A stretch of DNA of 64,000 nucleotides from Nitrosopumilus sp. (lineage in GTDB: Archaea > Thermoproteota > Nitrososphaeria > Nitrososphaerales > Nitrosopumilaceae), in assembly GCA_965206745.1 (NCBI GenBank), contig OZ242220.1, forward strand, positions 1,440,001 to 1,504,000, in the 5' to 3' direction. The notes beneath the pieces are model-generated. The model was not told the DNA's origin. It made no database searches and saw nothing but the letters and a program-made list of their open reading frames with translations. The position numbers were made by a program, and so were the translations under genes. How positions within the stretch are numbered: the stretch's first letter is position 1; each line of letters begins with the position of its first letter. Below are positions 1 to 10,164 of this stretch, in pieces.

Positions 1-264
1 AGAGAACAAGCAATTGGAAATTCTCAGGGACAGGGATCTCAAAAATACAAATCAGACCAATCATGATGCCAAAGATTCCACATCTTGAGATAAATTTCAA
101 AGATACACACAGCGGTTTCTCCCTCTGCTTTTCATGGTGTTTCCTTACACACAGGTTCATCACCCAGAGACTTTTGTCCATATTTGCCCCCTCTTGGACG
201 GATTATAGTCAGTTTCTGCCATCAAGACTGTAAAATTTTAATTTGATCGTTGCATAGGATCATC

Positions 265-642
265 ATGGAGATCAGAGAAGACATCCCAATCGTACTCTTT
301 GATAACCAGTGTTACTTGTGCATGAAATTTGCAAAGACTGTCAGCTATTTTGCAAGAGGTAGAATTTCAATGATTGGCCATTATTCGGAGCCTGGTAGAA
401 AGATAAGAGACGAGATTCTCGATGATGATGCCCTGGACATGTTTTGGTTTATTACTAAAAAGAGAGCATGCGGCGGAAGGGCAGCACTGATTCCACTGTT
501 GAGATCAATTCTAACCCAGAAGACAGAAAAATCATCGGCGATTGGAATTGAGGACCAGTGTCAGCAGGGGTGCAAGACTGCAAAGGCCGTATTTGTCAGA
601 TCAGCCAGTCTGATTACCAACAGCAGGACAATAGATCTATAG
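265..642 (+). CDS. DCC1-like thiol-disulfide oxidoreductase family protein (DUF393)
   Basis: N-terminal VLFDNQCYLC matches the DxxCxxC motif of the DCC family; start moved from the ORF-track 250 to the ATG at 265. Confidence 0.7.
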   Translation: MEIREDIPIVLFDNQCYLCMKFAKTVSYFARGRISMIGHYSEPGRKIRDEILDDDALDMFWFITKKRACGGRAALIPLLRSILTQKTEKSSAIGIEDQCQQGCKTAKAVFVRSASLITNSRTIDL

Positions 643-669
643 TAAATCTAAATAACACTTGAAAGTTAG

Positions 670-2148
670 GTGCTCATAGTGAAAGTCAAGACTGCAAGTT
701 CTGCAAAAAACAAGACAAGCCTGCTCTGCGGGTTTGTAGTGGAAAATTCCAACAAGGTTTTGGGTCTGCCAAAATTTGACACTAAAACCCAGTCTGCAAT
801 AAACCAGTCCCTAAAAGACATGGAGGGCAAGCTAGGAAGACTCAGCATCATTCCAATTCCAGGAAAACCGATACAAAGAATCCTGCTTGCAGGCATAGGA
901 AAGAAAGAGAGTTTGACAAAAGATACAATCAGGTTTGTTTCAGGCAAGATCGCCCAGAAAGCAAAGGAGCTTAGATTAAAAGAGTTTTCAATAATATCAC
1001 CACCAAGTTTGGTCTACGAGCCAGTCTCTGCTGTTACCCAAATTATAGAGGGCTCCAAGATGGCCCTTTACAAATTTGACAGGTTCAAGTCAGAAAAGAC
1101 AGAGGCCTCACCTGATCTTACAATTATTACCTCAAAGTCAGATAAAATTTCAAAGGCAATCAAGACTGCGCAGATTATTGCAGACGGTGCAATATTTACA
1201 AAAAGTATCGCCAATCTGCCTCCAAACGAATGCACGCCTGCAACACTGGCAAGCTTTGCAAGAAGCATGTCCAAGAAAAACAAGATGACTTGCAGGATCA
1301 TCTCAGAGCCTGAGCTGCAAAAGAAGGGTTTTGGCGGGATCTCAGCAGTCGGACAGGGAAGCAGAAACCAGCCAAAACTAATTGTTTTGGAGCATAACAG
1401 GGGTCCACAAAGCCAGAAACCGATAGTACTAGTTGGAAAGGCTGTAACATTTGATACCGGCGGCATCTCATTGAAGCCGGGGGCTGCAATGGATGAAATG
1501 AAGTTTGACAAATGCGGCGGATGCACGGTACTGGGAATAATGAAGGCAGTTTCAGAGCTAAAGCTTCCAGTCAATGTAGTTGGGATTGTACCCTCAGTTG
1601 AAAACATGCCAGACGGTAAGTCATACAGGCCGGGGGACATCATAAAACTATACAACAAAAAGACAGCAGAGATTCTAAATACGGATGCCGAGGGAAGACT
1701 GATTCTGGCAGACGCACTGGCATATGGGGAGAAGCATTATTCTCCAAGGGCAGTCATTGATTTTGCAACCCTTACAGGCGCATGTATTGTTGCATTGGGT
1801 ACCAACGTGGCTGCAATCGTATCAAATGATCAGAGACTCTCAAAAAAGATTATCGATTCCTCAAAAACAACTACAGAGGAAGTTTGGGAGCTTCCGTTAA
1901 ATCAGGATTATATGGACATGATAAAGTCAGACGTGGCAGATATGAAAAATGTCGGGATTGGCAGAGCGGCTGGTACCATCACGGCTGCCGCATTCCTAAA
2001 GAATGCCATTGAGGATACACCGTGGGTCCACATTGACATTGCAGGGGTTGCATGGACGCAGGCATCTACAAAGGAAAAATCATACAATCCAAAAGGTGCA
2101 ACAGGTTTTGGCGTCAGGTTGATCTTGGATTACTTGCAAAGATTGTAA
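670..2148 (+). CDS. pepA: Leucyl aminopeptidase (M17)
   Basis: VGKAVTFDTGG, MKFDKCG, NTDAEGRL and HIDIAG motifs; 492 aa. Confidence 0.95.
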   Translation: MLIVKVKTASSAKNKTSLLCGFVVENSNKVLGLPKFDTKTQSAINQSLKDMEGKLGRLSIIPIPGKPIQRILLAGIGKKESLTKDTIRFVSGKIAQKAKELRLKEFSIISPPSLVYEPVSAVTQIIEGSKMALYKFDRFKSEKTEASPDLTIITSKSDKISKAIKTAQIIADGAIFTKSIANLPPNECTPATLASFARSMSKKNKMTCRIISEPELQKKGFGGISAVGQGSRNQPKLIVLEHNRGPQSQKPIVLVGKAVTFDTGGISLKPGAAMDEMKFDKCGGCTVLGIMKAVSELKLPVNVVGIVPSVENMPDGKSYRPGDIIKLYNKKTAEILNTDAEGRLILADALAYGEKHYSPRAVIDFATLTGACIVALGTNVAAIVSNDQRLSKKIIDSSKTTTEEVWELPLNQDYMDMIKSDVADMKNVGIGRAAGTITAAAFLKNAIEDTPWVHIDIAGVAWTQASTKEKSYNPKGATGFGVRLILDYLQRL

Positions 2149-2150
2149 AA

Positions 2151-2279
2151 TCAGTATCCCCTGCTGTTTCTATCAGGAGTTTCAACATTTGGGTTTCTCC
2201 AGCCATGCTTCTCCATCATGTGGTTTAACAGTCTAATGTCATTATCACACATTTCCCCACAGACACTGCAATTTGGCAT
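2151..2279 (-). CDS. Small C2H2 zinc-finger protein (42 aa)
   Basis: MPNCSVCGEMCDNDIRLLNHMMEKH fits CxxC-x12-HxxxxH; ATG at 2279 with an AT-rich TATA-like box upstream. Confidence 0.6.
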   Translation of the reverse strand: MPNCSVCGEMCDNDIRLLNHMMEKHGWRNPNVETPDRNSRGY

Positions 2280-2345
2280 TATTGAGTTCAAGTTGATGGG
2301 GTCAATATTAAAAGATTGGTTGCAAAGCCGCCTTGTTGCACAACT

Positions 2346-2450
2346 GGACATTTGATCCTTGTAATGGATGGGACTGGCATGATTTCAAGAAGGTACGGTT
2401 TGGACTATGCGTGGAGGCAGATAATCACCTGGATAAAGTCATACAAGTAA
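2346..2450 (+). pseudogene. Possible DDE transposase fragment (relic)
   Basis: Translates as GHLILVMDGTGMISRRYGLDY...; resembles the first-Asp D.TG motif of IS4/IS5-type transposases; related to the 13350-13490 region. Confidence 0.3.
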
Positions 2451-2458
2451 AATGGAAA

Positions 2459-2575
2459 ATGCCAGCACTGTTGCTTCCCAAGAGCTCTCGCATCTTAGTA
2501 GCACAACAGCGACGTCAGGTTTGACTTCCAAGTTCGGAATGGGATTGGGTCGCACCCTAACGCTATGGCCGGCTT
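2459..2575 (-). rRNA. rrf: 5S rRNA
   Basis: Reverse complement reads GCCGGCCATAGCGTTAGGGTGCGACCCAATCCCATTCCGAACTTGGAAGTCAAACC...GGGAAGCAACAGTGCTGGC, including the conserved CCCATTCCGAAC; about 117 nt with complementary ends; ends approximate. Confidence 0.92.
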
Positions 2576-2670
2576 GAAGTTTGATGCCAGATTCTCATCT
2601 ATTAACGTAACGCAGGATTTGAGGCCATGCTCAAAATAGGTATAAAGCAAAGAAGACATCGGATTATCAT

Positions 2671-4458
2671 ATGACTCATCGAGTAGCGGTATTGGATCAG
2701 GATCTCTGTCAGCCACAAAAATGCGGCCTGGAATGCATAAAATACTGCCCCGTCAACAAATCAGGCGCAGAGTGCATTACAATAGGCGAGGAGTCAAAGA
2801 AGGCCCAGATTGACGAGGACGTCTGTAACGGCTGTGGGATCTGCGTCAAGGTGTGCCCTTTTGATGCAATAACAATCGTCAACCTTGCAAGCGAGCTGGC
2901 AGCAGACAAGATTCATCAGTACGGCATAAACTCGTTTAGACTTTACAAGCTGCCCACGCCAAAAAAGGGGGAGGTGGTAGGACTATTGGGAAGAAACGGA
3001 ATGGGAAAGAGTACAGTAGTCAACATTTTGTCAGGAAATCTCAAACCGAATTTAGGCAGGTATGAGAATCCTCCAGAATGGGATGAAATTTTAAAACATT
3101 ACAGCGGGACTGAGCTCAAGCAGCACTTTGAAAAGATAGAGCAAGGGCAGATCCGCGCATCAATAAAACCTCAGCAGGTGCACCACATTGCACAGGCATT
3201 TGACGGCACGGGCAAGGAACTACTTGACAGATACGACGAACGGGGAGTATCAGGGGAGCTGATAAAAACGCTGGGGCTGGAGAACTCGATGGAGCAGAAT
3301 TTGAGGGAGCTGAGTGGCGGGGAACTGCAAAGGATTGCAGTTGCAGCAGCGGCATCCAAGGACACAGAGTTTTACTTTTTTGACGAGCCATCCTCATACA
3401 ACGACGTCTACCAGAGAACAGGGGTTGCAAGGGTGATACAAAATCTGGCAAAGATTGGAAAGAGCGTGATGGTGGTGGAGCACGACTTGACATTGCTGGA
3501 CTTTCTCAGCGACTATATCGAGGTACTGTATGGGGAACCTACGGCATACGGGATTGTCTCAGGTATTTTATCCACAAAGATCGGAATCAACGTTTTTCTT
3601 GACGGGTACCTGCCAAATGAGAACGTGAGGTTCAGGGACAAGAAATTCTCTTTTGATGTGTCATCATCATCTACTGACATCTTTCAGGAAGGAAGTGAGA
3701 TTCTCACATATCCAAAGATGGTGAAAAAGTATCCTTCATTTTCAGTAACAATTGAGCCTGGAAGGGTGAGAAAAGGCGAGGTACTGGGAATAATGGGTGC
3801 CAATGCACTTGGCAAGACGACTCTGATGAAGATGATTGCAGGGGTCGAAAAGCCTGATTCAGGCAGCATTGATAAAAAGATCAAGATAGCATACAAGCCG
3901 CAGTATCTCCAAAACGACCTTGACGTGGAGGTGATCTCAGCACTGGACCAGGCAAACGGGGGACAGGTTGAGGGAAGCATGGAAGAGGAGCAGATTCTCG
4001 ATCCACTAAAGATTAAAAAATTATACAACAAGTCCATCAAAAAACTTTCCGGGGGGGAACTGCAAAAGGTGGCAGTTGCCTCGTGTCTGTTGCAAAAAGT
4101 CGACCTGTATGCATTGGATGAACCTTCGGCATTTTTGGACGTGGAGGACAGAATCGCTGTGGCAAAATTTCTGCAAAAATTTGTGCGCTCCTTTGGAAAG
4201 TCTGCAATCATCATTGATCACGACTTGCAGCTCATGGACCTAGTTTCAGACTCGATGATAATATTTGAGGGGGAGTCAGGTTCTGCAGGCACTGCCACGC
4301 CGCCGATGCCAAAACCTGAGGCGATGAACAGGTTTCTAAAATCACTAGACATGTCATTTAGAAGGGATGAGAAAAGCCTGAGACCCCGCGTGAACAAGCT
4401 GGAGAGCAGGCTGGATAAGGATCAAAAGACGACTGGAAACTTTTACTACAAGCATTGA
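2671..4458 (+). CDS. rli: Ribosome recycling ATPase ABCE1/RLI
   Basis: N-terminal 2x[4Fe-4S] domain (CNGCGICVKVCP) plus two ABC domains (GRNGMGKST, LSGGELQ twice). Confidence 0.96.
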   Translation: MTHRVAVLDQDLCQPQKCGLECIKYCPVNKSGAECITIGEESKKAQIDEDVCNGCGICVKVCPFDAITIVNLASELAADKIHQYGINSFRLYKLPTPKKGEVVGLLGRNGMGKSTVVNILSGNLKPNLGRYENPPEWDEILKHYSGTELKQHFEKIEQGQIRASIKPQQVHHIAQAFDGTGKELLDRYDERGVSGELIKTLGLENSMEQNLRELSGGELQRIAVAAAASKDTEFYFFDEPSSYNDVYQRTGVARVIQNLAKIGKSVMVVEHDLTLLDFLSDYIEVLYGEPTAYGIVSGILSTKIGINVFLDGYLPNENVRFRDKKFSFDVSSSSTDIFQEGSEILTYPKMVKKYPSFSVTIEPGRVRKGEVLGIMGANALGKTTLMKMIAGVEKPDSGSIDKKIKIAYKPQYLQNDLDVEVISALDQANGGQVEGSMEEEQILDPLKIKKLYNKSIKKLSGGELQKVAVASCLLQKVDLYALDEPSAFLDVEDRIAVAKFLQKFVRSFGKSAIIIDHDLQLMDLVSDSMIIFEGESGSAGTATPPMPKPEAMNRFLKSLDMSFRRDEKSLRPRVNKLESRLDKDQKTTGNFYYKH

Positions 4459-5291
4459 CCCGGATGCTAAAAAAGGCGCTAGAGGACGTGCTCACAGAGG
4501 AGGAAGGTGATGAGCTGATTTCAGCATTTGATCAGATCGGTCAGATAATCATCGTAAGGATTCCAGACTCGCTTTTATCAAAGAAGAAGGTTATCGGCGA
4601 GGCGCTTTTAGACGGGGTAAAGATTGTCAGGAGCGTGTTTTACCAGTCCTCCTCAGTGGAGGGTGATTTTCGAACAAGGGATTTGGAGATTCTTGCAGGA
4701 GAGGACAATACGGAGACAGAGTACAAGGAGTTTGGATGCAGGTTTACAGTGGATGTCAAAAATGCGTTTTTCTCGCCCAGGCTCTCCACTGAAAGGGAGA
4801 GAATTGCCAGCCTGATTCAGGACGAGGAGACGGTGGCAAACATGTTTGCAGGCATCGGAATGTTCTCGATTATGGCTGCAAAGAGGAAGAAATGTACAGT
4901 ATACAGTCTGGACATCAATCCCGTTGCCTCAAGACTGTGCGAGACCAACATCGGGCTAAACAAGCTTGCAGGGGATGTGATCTCAATTAACGGCGATGCA
5001 TCAGAGATTATCAAGGAGCAGCTGATTGACAAATCAGACAGGACCCTGATGCTGTTACCTGAGAGATCAGACGAGTTTTTAGAATCAGCGACAAGTGCAA
5101 CCAAGGATCAGGGCATCATTCACTACTATTCACACATTCATGCAGACAAAAAGACAGACGCTGCAAGGCTTTCAGAGGAACACTATCTTGGCGTGACACA
5201 GGTAAAATCAGAGATTCTAAACTCAAAGATTGTCAGGGCAGTGGGTCCCAGATACTATCAGACAGTGGTGGATGTTAAAATTTCCAAGTGA
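4455..5291 (+). CDS. Trm5/Taw2(TYW2)-family tRNA-modifying SAM-dependent transferase
   Basis: FFSPRLSTER, MFAGIG, DINP, IIHYY motifs; overlaps the ABCE1 stop codon. Confidence 0.85.
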   Translation: MTRMLKKALEDVLTEEEGDELISAFDQIGQIIIVRIPDSLLSKKKVIGEALLDGVKIVRSVFYQSSSVEGDFRTRDLEILAGEDNTETEYKEFGCRFTVDVKNAFFSPRLSTERERIASLIQDEETVANMFAGIGMFSIMAAKRKKCTVYSLDINPVASRLCETNIGLNKLAGDVISINGDASEIIKEQLIDKSDRTLMLLPERSDEFLESATSATKDQGIIHYYSHIHADKKTDAARLSEEHYLGVTQVKSEILNSKIVRAVGPRYYQTVVDVKISK

Positions 5292-5292
5292 A

Positions 5293-5517
5293 CTAGTCCT
5301 CAGAGACGACAGAGGCAGGCGAGGGTTTCGTTGTTGCCATCACGTATCCAATCCATGCAATGACTCCGAGTATTCCCCCGGCAATCATCAGGACAGAGAG
5401 CTGCAATACGATGGGACTCCATTCAGACAGCATCAGCAGGTATGCATAGATGAAGAAACCGCCGATGCACAGTACAAAGATGGTGATGCCCGTTCCTTTT
5501 CGCCTGTCCATGGACAA
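5293..5517 (-). CDS. Small two-TM membrane protein
   Basis: Two hydrophobic segments ending WIGYVMATTKP; tight gene packing. Confidence 0.7.
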   Translation of the reverse strand: MSMDRRKGTGITIFVLCIGGFFIYAYLLMLSEWSPIVLQLSVLMIAGGILGVIAWIGYVMATTKPSPASVVSED

Positions 5518-5548
5518 GAATTTTTTGCGAGTTATTTATTGGTTTGAA

Positions 5549-6046
5549 CTAGTTTAGCTCGATTGCCATCAGGTATGCATCCTCACCGTCCCGGTAGTAG
5601 GAGTTTAGCTGCTGTCTGATTACGAATCCCATTTTCTCATATAGCCGGACGGCATCGTTGTTGCTGCATCGCACCTCCAAGTAGAACTCGTCGCACTGTC
5701 TGAGCTTTATGCCGTTGACTGATTCCTCAACGAGTACGGTCCCGATGCCCTTTCTTCTGTGCTCATCAACTACTGCAATTGACACCACGTGTCCTTTCTT
5801 GACAAAGCCCAGTTTCTTAAAATTTGAAAAGCCAAACTCTGTTTTGCACATGATGTATCCGACATGCTTTTGGCCAATCTCTGCAACGATGAATGCCTCA
5901 GGCAGGTCAGCAAGCAGGCTCTCATAAAAGTAGTCAGAATAGTGCTCAGGCAGGGTCTTGAGATTAATCTCCATAACGGAGATCAGATCGCTTGGCATTG
6001 CCCTTCTGATATTGCAGCCATTTAGTTCCCGAAGAATCACTTGCAT
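5549..6046 (-). CDS. rimI: N-alpha-acetyltransferase RimI/Ard1 (GNAT)
   Basis: LPEHY, GHVVSIAV, RRKGIG, LEVRCSN, YYRDGEDA motifs. Confidence 0.92.
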   Translation of the reverse strand: MQVILRELNGCNIRRAMPSDLISVMEINLKTLPEHYSDYFYESLLADLPEAFIVAEIGQKHVGYIMCKTEFGFSNFKKLGFVKKGHVVSIAVVDEHRRKGIGTVLVEESVNGIKLRQCDEFYLEVRCSNNDAVRLYEKMGFVIRQQLNSYYRDGEDAYLMAIELN

Positions 6047-6119
6047 GATTATACATGATACTATCGATATTTAATTTTAAACCAAAAGACCATTTAATGG
6101 AAAAATCAGCCTCAAAGTA

Positions 6120-7232
6120 ATGGAGGATCCCTCACAAGAAGACATCATCTCGCTGGTCAACTCTATATTTCAAGTCAGTGACTTTGCCAAGACCGAGTTT
6201 TCCCTGGAATTTAAGATTATAGATGCCGATTTTAAGGCAAAGTTTGAGGATCTGGCAAGGGAGCTAGAAGATATGAGGTATGTCTCCAAGCTGGAGAGGA
6301 ACCAAGACGGCCAGCTCTGCATCATAATTCAAAAATTCCCCCCAGCAAAGCAGAGAAGGTGGCTGAGCTCGCCATGGATACCGCGAATTCTGTTTGTAAT
6401 AGTCATAGGGTTTGTAATGTTTGATGGGCACCACAAGGCATCCGTTGGTAACACGATCGTGGAGCTGGGAGATCCGCTGGAAATATCAATACTGTACGTG
6501 TTTGCACTCATGGGAATCCTCGGAGTCCATGAGCTTGGCCACATGATTGCAGCTAAAAGACACAAACTAAAGACTACCTGGCCCTACTTTCTTCCGGGAA
6601 TTCCGGTATATGGGATTCCGACATTTGGGGCAATCATCAGATCAAGGGGCCTGACCATTAACAGGGAGATTCTATTTGATGTTGCCATTGCAGGCCCGAT
6701 TGCAGGGCTGATAATTGCAGTTATTGTCTCAGTTTATGGCGCATATACTGCACCAATCCTAGAGGAGACGATCGTGGGGGACATATTTGATGATCCAAGA
6801 CTGAGTGATTGGAGTCTGGGCGAACCAATCCTGCTTACTGCCAGCCTGGCATTGTTTGGAAAGGGGGATATGTACGGAAATACAGTATACATGACGCCCT
6901 TCATATTTGCGGCGTGGGTCGGCTATCTGATCACGTTTATCAACTTGCTTCCGGCATGGCAGTTAGACGGGGGCCATCTGGCAAGGACACTGATGGGCTC
7001 AAAGATTCACAGCTATGCGACATACGGGAGCTTGGGGGTTTTGGTTCTGTTGAACTTTTGGCCGATGGCAATGCTGATCTTTGTGCTAAGCAGGCGAAAC
7101 CCTGTCGCATCACCGTTAGATGATGTCTCACCGCTCTCAAGGAACAGAAAGTTTGCGTACATTGGGATCATTGCACTGGCAGTGCTGTGTGCGCCTCTGC
7201 CATCGGAATTTCTGCCAGGCATACTACCTTAA
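6120..7232 (+). CDS. Site-2 protease (peptidase M50)
   Basis: HELGH zinc motif, AIAGPIAG, NLLPAWQLDGG, multiple TMs. Confidence 0.92.
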   Translation: MEDPSQEDIISLVNSIFQVSDFAKTEFSLEFKIIDADFKAKFEDLARELEDMRYVSKLERNQDGQLCIIIQKFPPAKQRRWLSSPWIPRILFVIVIGFVMFDGHHKASVGNTIVELGDPLEISILYVFALMGILGVHELGHMIAAKRHKLKTTWPYFLPGIPVYGIPTFGAIIRSRGLTINREILFDVAIAGPIAGLIIAVIVSVYGAYTAPILEETIVGDIFDDPRLSDWSLGEPILLTASLALFGKGDMYGNTVYMTPFIFAAWVGYLITFINLLPAWQLDGGHLARTLMGSKIHSYATYGSLGVLVLLNFWPMAMLIFVLSRRNPVASPLDDVSPLSRNRKFAYIGIIALAVLCAPLPSEFLPGILP

Positions 7233-8306
7233 GAGCAGTCTTGCACCGTCAGTGACTACTGCCACCTTTTGGCGTGTACCCTGTGTCTTTAGGATGTAAT
7301 CCATGGAATACTTTATTCCCTGCATCGGGATCATGCCAAGCTTCTTGGCATAAAATTCAGGCAGTATTGAGACCAGGGCTATCTGAAAATTCTTTTGTAT
7401 CTCCGAGAGGAACAGCAGATTCTCCATCCCGTCAACGTATCTGCTAGGATTTCGCAGCTGCTCCAGAGTCAGTCTTCCCTCAATGTATTGTTGCAGTGCA
7501 TCATAGCCCAAGCCCCCTTTGCATTCGGCAACCAGGATGGCAAGGCCGTCTCTTTTGACTGCGTTAGAGCAGTTCCAGAGCGAGGAGAAAGAGTTTCCCA
7601 GATTGTCATTGCTTGAGTCTTTTCCGGTGCTTATCACCATCGTCTTGTGCTGGCCGACATCCTTGATGGAGTTGGATTCCAGGATTTTAGTTGATGCTAC
7701 AGTCTCAGAAGGATGCCCCATGGCAAAATCTATGATCCCTTCAGAGTTTGCAACCAGCTCTATTGCCTGAATCTCAAAATTATCTGCAAATTTCTTGGCC
7801 TCAGTCAGGCTTTGGGGATACTGTCCCGGCGTGGGAAGGTTCCCCTGCCTTTTTGCATATGCCGAAAGCATTGACTCCTGACCAAACCTTTTGATGAGGC
7901 GGGTGGAGACTGTCTCATATCCAAACAGACCATCAAACTCCGTCTCGCCTATGAAGACCAGGTTTGAGTTTGAAATTCCAACATCATCAAACTCGTTAAT
8001 TGAGCTGCCTTCTGGCAGTCCTGACTTTACCAAATTTAGGATCTTTTTGTCAGCCAGTATCTTAGGAAACGGCTTTGACTTTTGCTCACACAGGGTAAAC
8101 AATGAGGAGATTATCTTCAGGACGGATTTTGAATTGTGCATCACCACGAGTTCCATCGGCTTTGATAAATCAAGGGTGCCTAGTCTCTCATTTATCGCCG
8201 AGTCATCCAGGGTTTTGCCCTCAGAGTCAATCTTTTGCTCCAAGTTTTCTGCCTTTATGTCCAAAACAACGTCTGTTATTCCATAATTTAACCAAATTTC
8301 AGGCAT
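7224..8306 (-). CDS. LarA (lactate racemase, DUF2088)-like protein
   Basis: N-terminal 'IWLNYG' and C-terminal 'VKRDGLAILVAECKGGLG...VAVVTDG' resemble LarA-family ends; start taken at MPEIW. Confidence 0.6.
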   Translation of the reverse strand: MPEIWLNYGITDVVLDIKAENLEQKIDSEGKTLDDSAINERLGTLDLSKPMELVVMHNSKSVLKIISSLFTLCEQKSKPFPKILADKKILNLVKSGLPEGSSINEFDDVGISNSNLVFIGETEFDGLFGYETVSTRLIKRFGQESMLSAYAKRQGNLPTPGQYPQSLTEAKKFADNFEIQAIELVANSEGIIDFAMGHPSETVASTKILESNSIKDVGQHKTMVISTGKDSSNDNLGNSFSSLWNCSNAVKRDGLAILVAECKGGLGYDALQQYIEGRLTLEQLRNPSRYVDGMENLLFLSEIQKNFQIALVSILPEFYAKKLGMIPMQGIKYSMDYILKTQGTRQKVAVVTDGARLLLR

Positions 8307-8356
8307 GACTATTACACAACACAAAACAAAATAAATCAAGTGTAGTTAAATCTTGT

Positions 8357-8962
8357 GTGGAATTTGTAAAAGAGTTTGCAGTCTTTTTGCACCAAAAGGG
8401 CATCATAAAGTTCGGGAACTTTACGCTGTCCAGCGGAAAGCAGAGCTCGTACTATGTTGACCTGAGACTGGTCCCAAGCTATCCCCACGAGTTTAGAAGA
8501 ATGGTAAAGCACCTTGAAGGTGAGATCGTAAAAGACATCGGACTGGAGAATTTTGACTCAATCGTCTCAGTTCCCACAGGAGGCTTGGTAGTTGCATCTG
8601 CACTGGCAATTGAGACAGTCAAGCCGCTAATCTACGTGAGGAGCAGGCCAAAAAATTATGGGACATCAAAATCAGTCGAAGGGAAAATTCATGACGAGAT
8701 GAAAGTTGTGATGGTAGACGATGTTGCCACCACAGGCGGCTCCATGCTCAATGCGGTGAAATCCTTGAGGGATGCAAACATCTCAATTCAGGATGCATAC
8801 GTCATCGTGAATAGAATGGAGGGGGCAGATGAGGCACTATCCGAATTGGGAGTCAGGATGCATTCAGTTTTGAATATCCTACAAATTGCAGAGACTCTCT
8901 TTGAGCAGAAACTCATTGATGCCGGTACCCTAGGGAAGGTAAAGATGCAGATTAGCAAGTGA
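8357..8962 (+). CDS. pyrE: Orotate phosphoribosyltransferase
   Basis: FGNFTLSSGKQSSYYVD and the PRPP motif VVMVDDVATTGGS. Confidence 0.95.
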   Translation: MEFVKEFAVFLHQKGIIKFGNFTLSSGKQSSYYVDLRLVPSYPHEFRRMVKHLEGEIVKDIGLENFDSIVSVPTGGLVVASALAIETVKPLIYVRSRPKNYGTSKSVEGKIHDEMKVVMVDDVATTGGSMLNAVKSLRDANISIQDAYVIVNRMEGADEALSELGVRMHSVLNILQIAETLFEQKLIDAGTLGKVKMQISK

Positions 8963-9170
8963 GTTTTGGCAGCTCAGTCAAATGCCTTCCAATCATCAAT
9001 TCAGATATAACTCTGATTCTTCATTGCAGCCAGCTAATTTCCAATCTGCTCATTTTAAAACTAATGGGTATTTCCTGCCAGATAGTTTCATCTTGTACCA
9101 GAAATCGAGGCTTTATTGCCCATTCCAAATGGCGCAACTGCAATTTGATAAAAAAATAGATGAAGAAGAT

Positions 9171-9665
9171 CTAGGCAGAATCTAGATCATCTGTCGGCGT
9201 ATTTATCACCTTGAAGATTTTGACAACATAATCGCCTTCAAAGAAATGGGTGACACTGCCCTCATCTATGGATAGCACGCGGAACTTGTATTCAAAAGAG
9301 TCATCACCTTTCAAATCTACCTGTGCAACATGGATGGGATCCTCCTGAATCGACTTGAAGAACTGGATGATTACAGGATATCCCTGGGATGGATCATCGA
9401 TTTTGCCGTTGACAGTACCCCATGGCATCATGTTGTTCTCAGGGATGCTCATCAAGGTAACTGTTTTTTGAAGACTTGTCTCATCATCTAATTTCAGCAC
9501 GGTGGTTTCGTATTCTTCTGCAAACGCTGGCACGTCGAACAAAACAACAGACATGCTCAACATCATTGCAAAAAAACACACAGTTGCCAAGGTCTTCGTC
9601 TCTCCCTTCTTGCAGGTTCCCAGAATATCTGAGGCAGAAATCACATTCATGATGATAAACCACAT
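9171..9665 (-). CDS. Hypothetical secreted protein
   Basis: Hydrophobic stretch ending in PAFA (signal-peptide-like) followed by a beta-rich domain; true start uncertain, probably downstream of 9665. Confidence 0.65.
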   Translation of the reverse strand: MWFIIMNVISASDILGTCKKGETKTLATVCFFAMMLSMSVVLFDVPAFAEEYETTVLKLDDETSLQKTVTLMSIPENNMMPWGTVNGKIDDPSQGYPVIIQFFKSIQEDPIHVAQVDLKGDDSFEYKFRVLSIDEGSVTHFFEGDYVVKIFKVINTPTDDLDSA

Positions 9666-9947
9666 CCAAATATTCGATGGCCTCGTCTTGACTTGTTTCT
9701 AGGTGCAGTAAGATTGCCAGAGGGGGGGTTGTTCTGGCAAAAAGAGTCCAACGCATTAGAACCGTTTGTTTGTTCCATGTGATTCTGCTGCGAAGATGAA
9801 AATCCGCCCCTACAGAAAAATATATGTTCTGAAGGCCTCATCTGATCATCCCCTCAACATGATTTTGGCGATACGACTGTCCAATATGACAAACCATCAT
9901 GACACAAACCAGATGGTAGTCGGGGAGTATGCATTGTACAGGCATTC

Positions 9948-10115
9948 TTAATCTCTCTCCTCAAACAAAACCCAAGATAGGCCCATTAGATCATTAACAG
10001 AGATCTTGGAGGATTTTGTCTGTTGCAAGGGTTTTGACACTGCTTTTACAGGGTTGCTTGCAACCTGAGTTTCAGAAGGCGAGTGTTGCCAATTATGCAG
10101 GATTATCTGCTTCAT
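9948..10115 (-). CDS. Small 55-aa hypothetical protein (not in ORF track)
   Basis: ATG at 10115 to TAA at 9948: MKQIILHNWQ...SVNDLMGLSWVLFEERD; a TATA box lies about 20-28 nt upstream. Confidence 0.55.
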   Translation of the reverse strand: MKQIILHNWQHSPSETQVASNPVKAVSKPLQQTKSSKISVNDLMGLSWVLFEERD

Positions 10116-10133
10116 GCAGAAACTGAGCCTAGG

Positions 10134-10143
10134 TTATATATAA
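10134..10143. promoter_or_regulatory. Palindromic TATA box TTATATATAA between divergent genes
   Basis: Perfect palindrome roughly equidistant from the starts at 10115 (-) and 10165 (+). Confidence 0.5.
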
Positions 10144-10164
10144 GAAGAGATACCGTATAACGGC

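Noticed and set aside
1-88. 3' end of an upstream CDS (ENKQLEIL...STS*)
   Set aside because: Too short to support a call without the preceding sequence
2495-2716. 73-aa ORF (and 2333..2524)
   Set aside because: Both overlap the 5S rRNA gene
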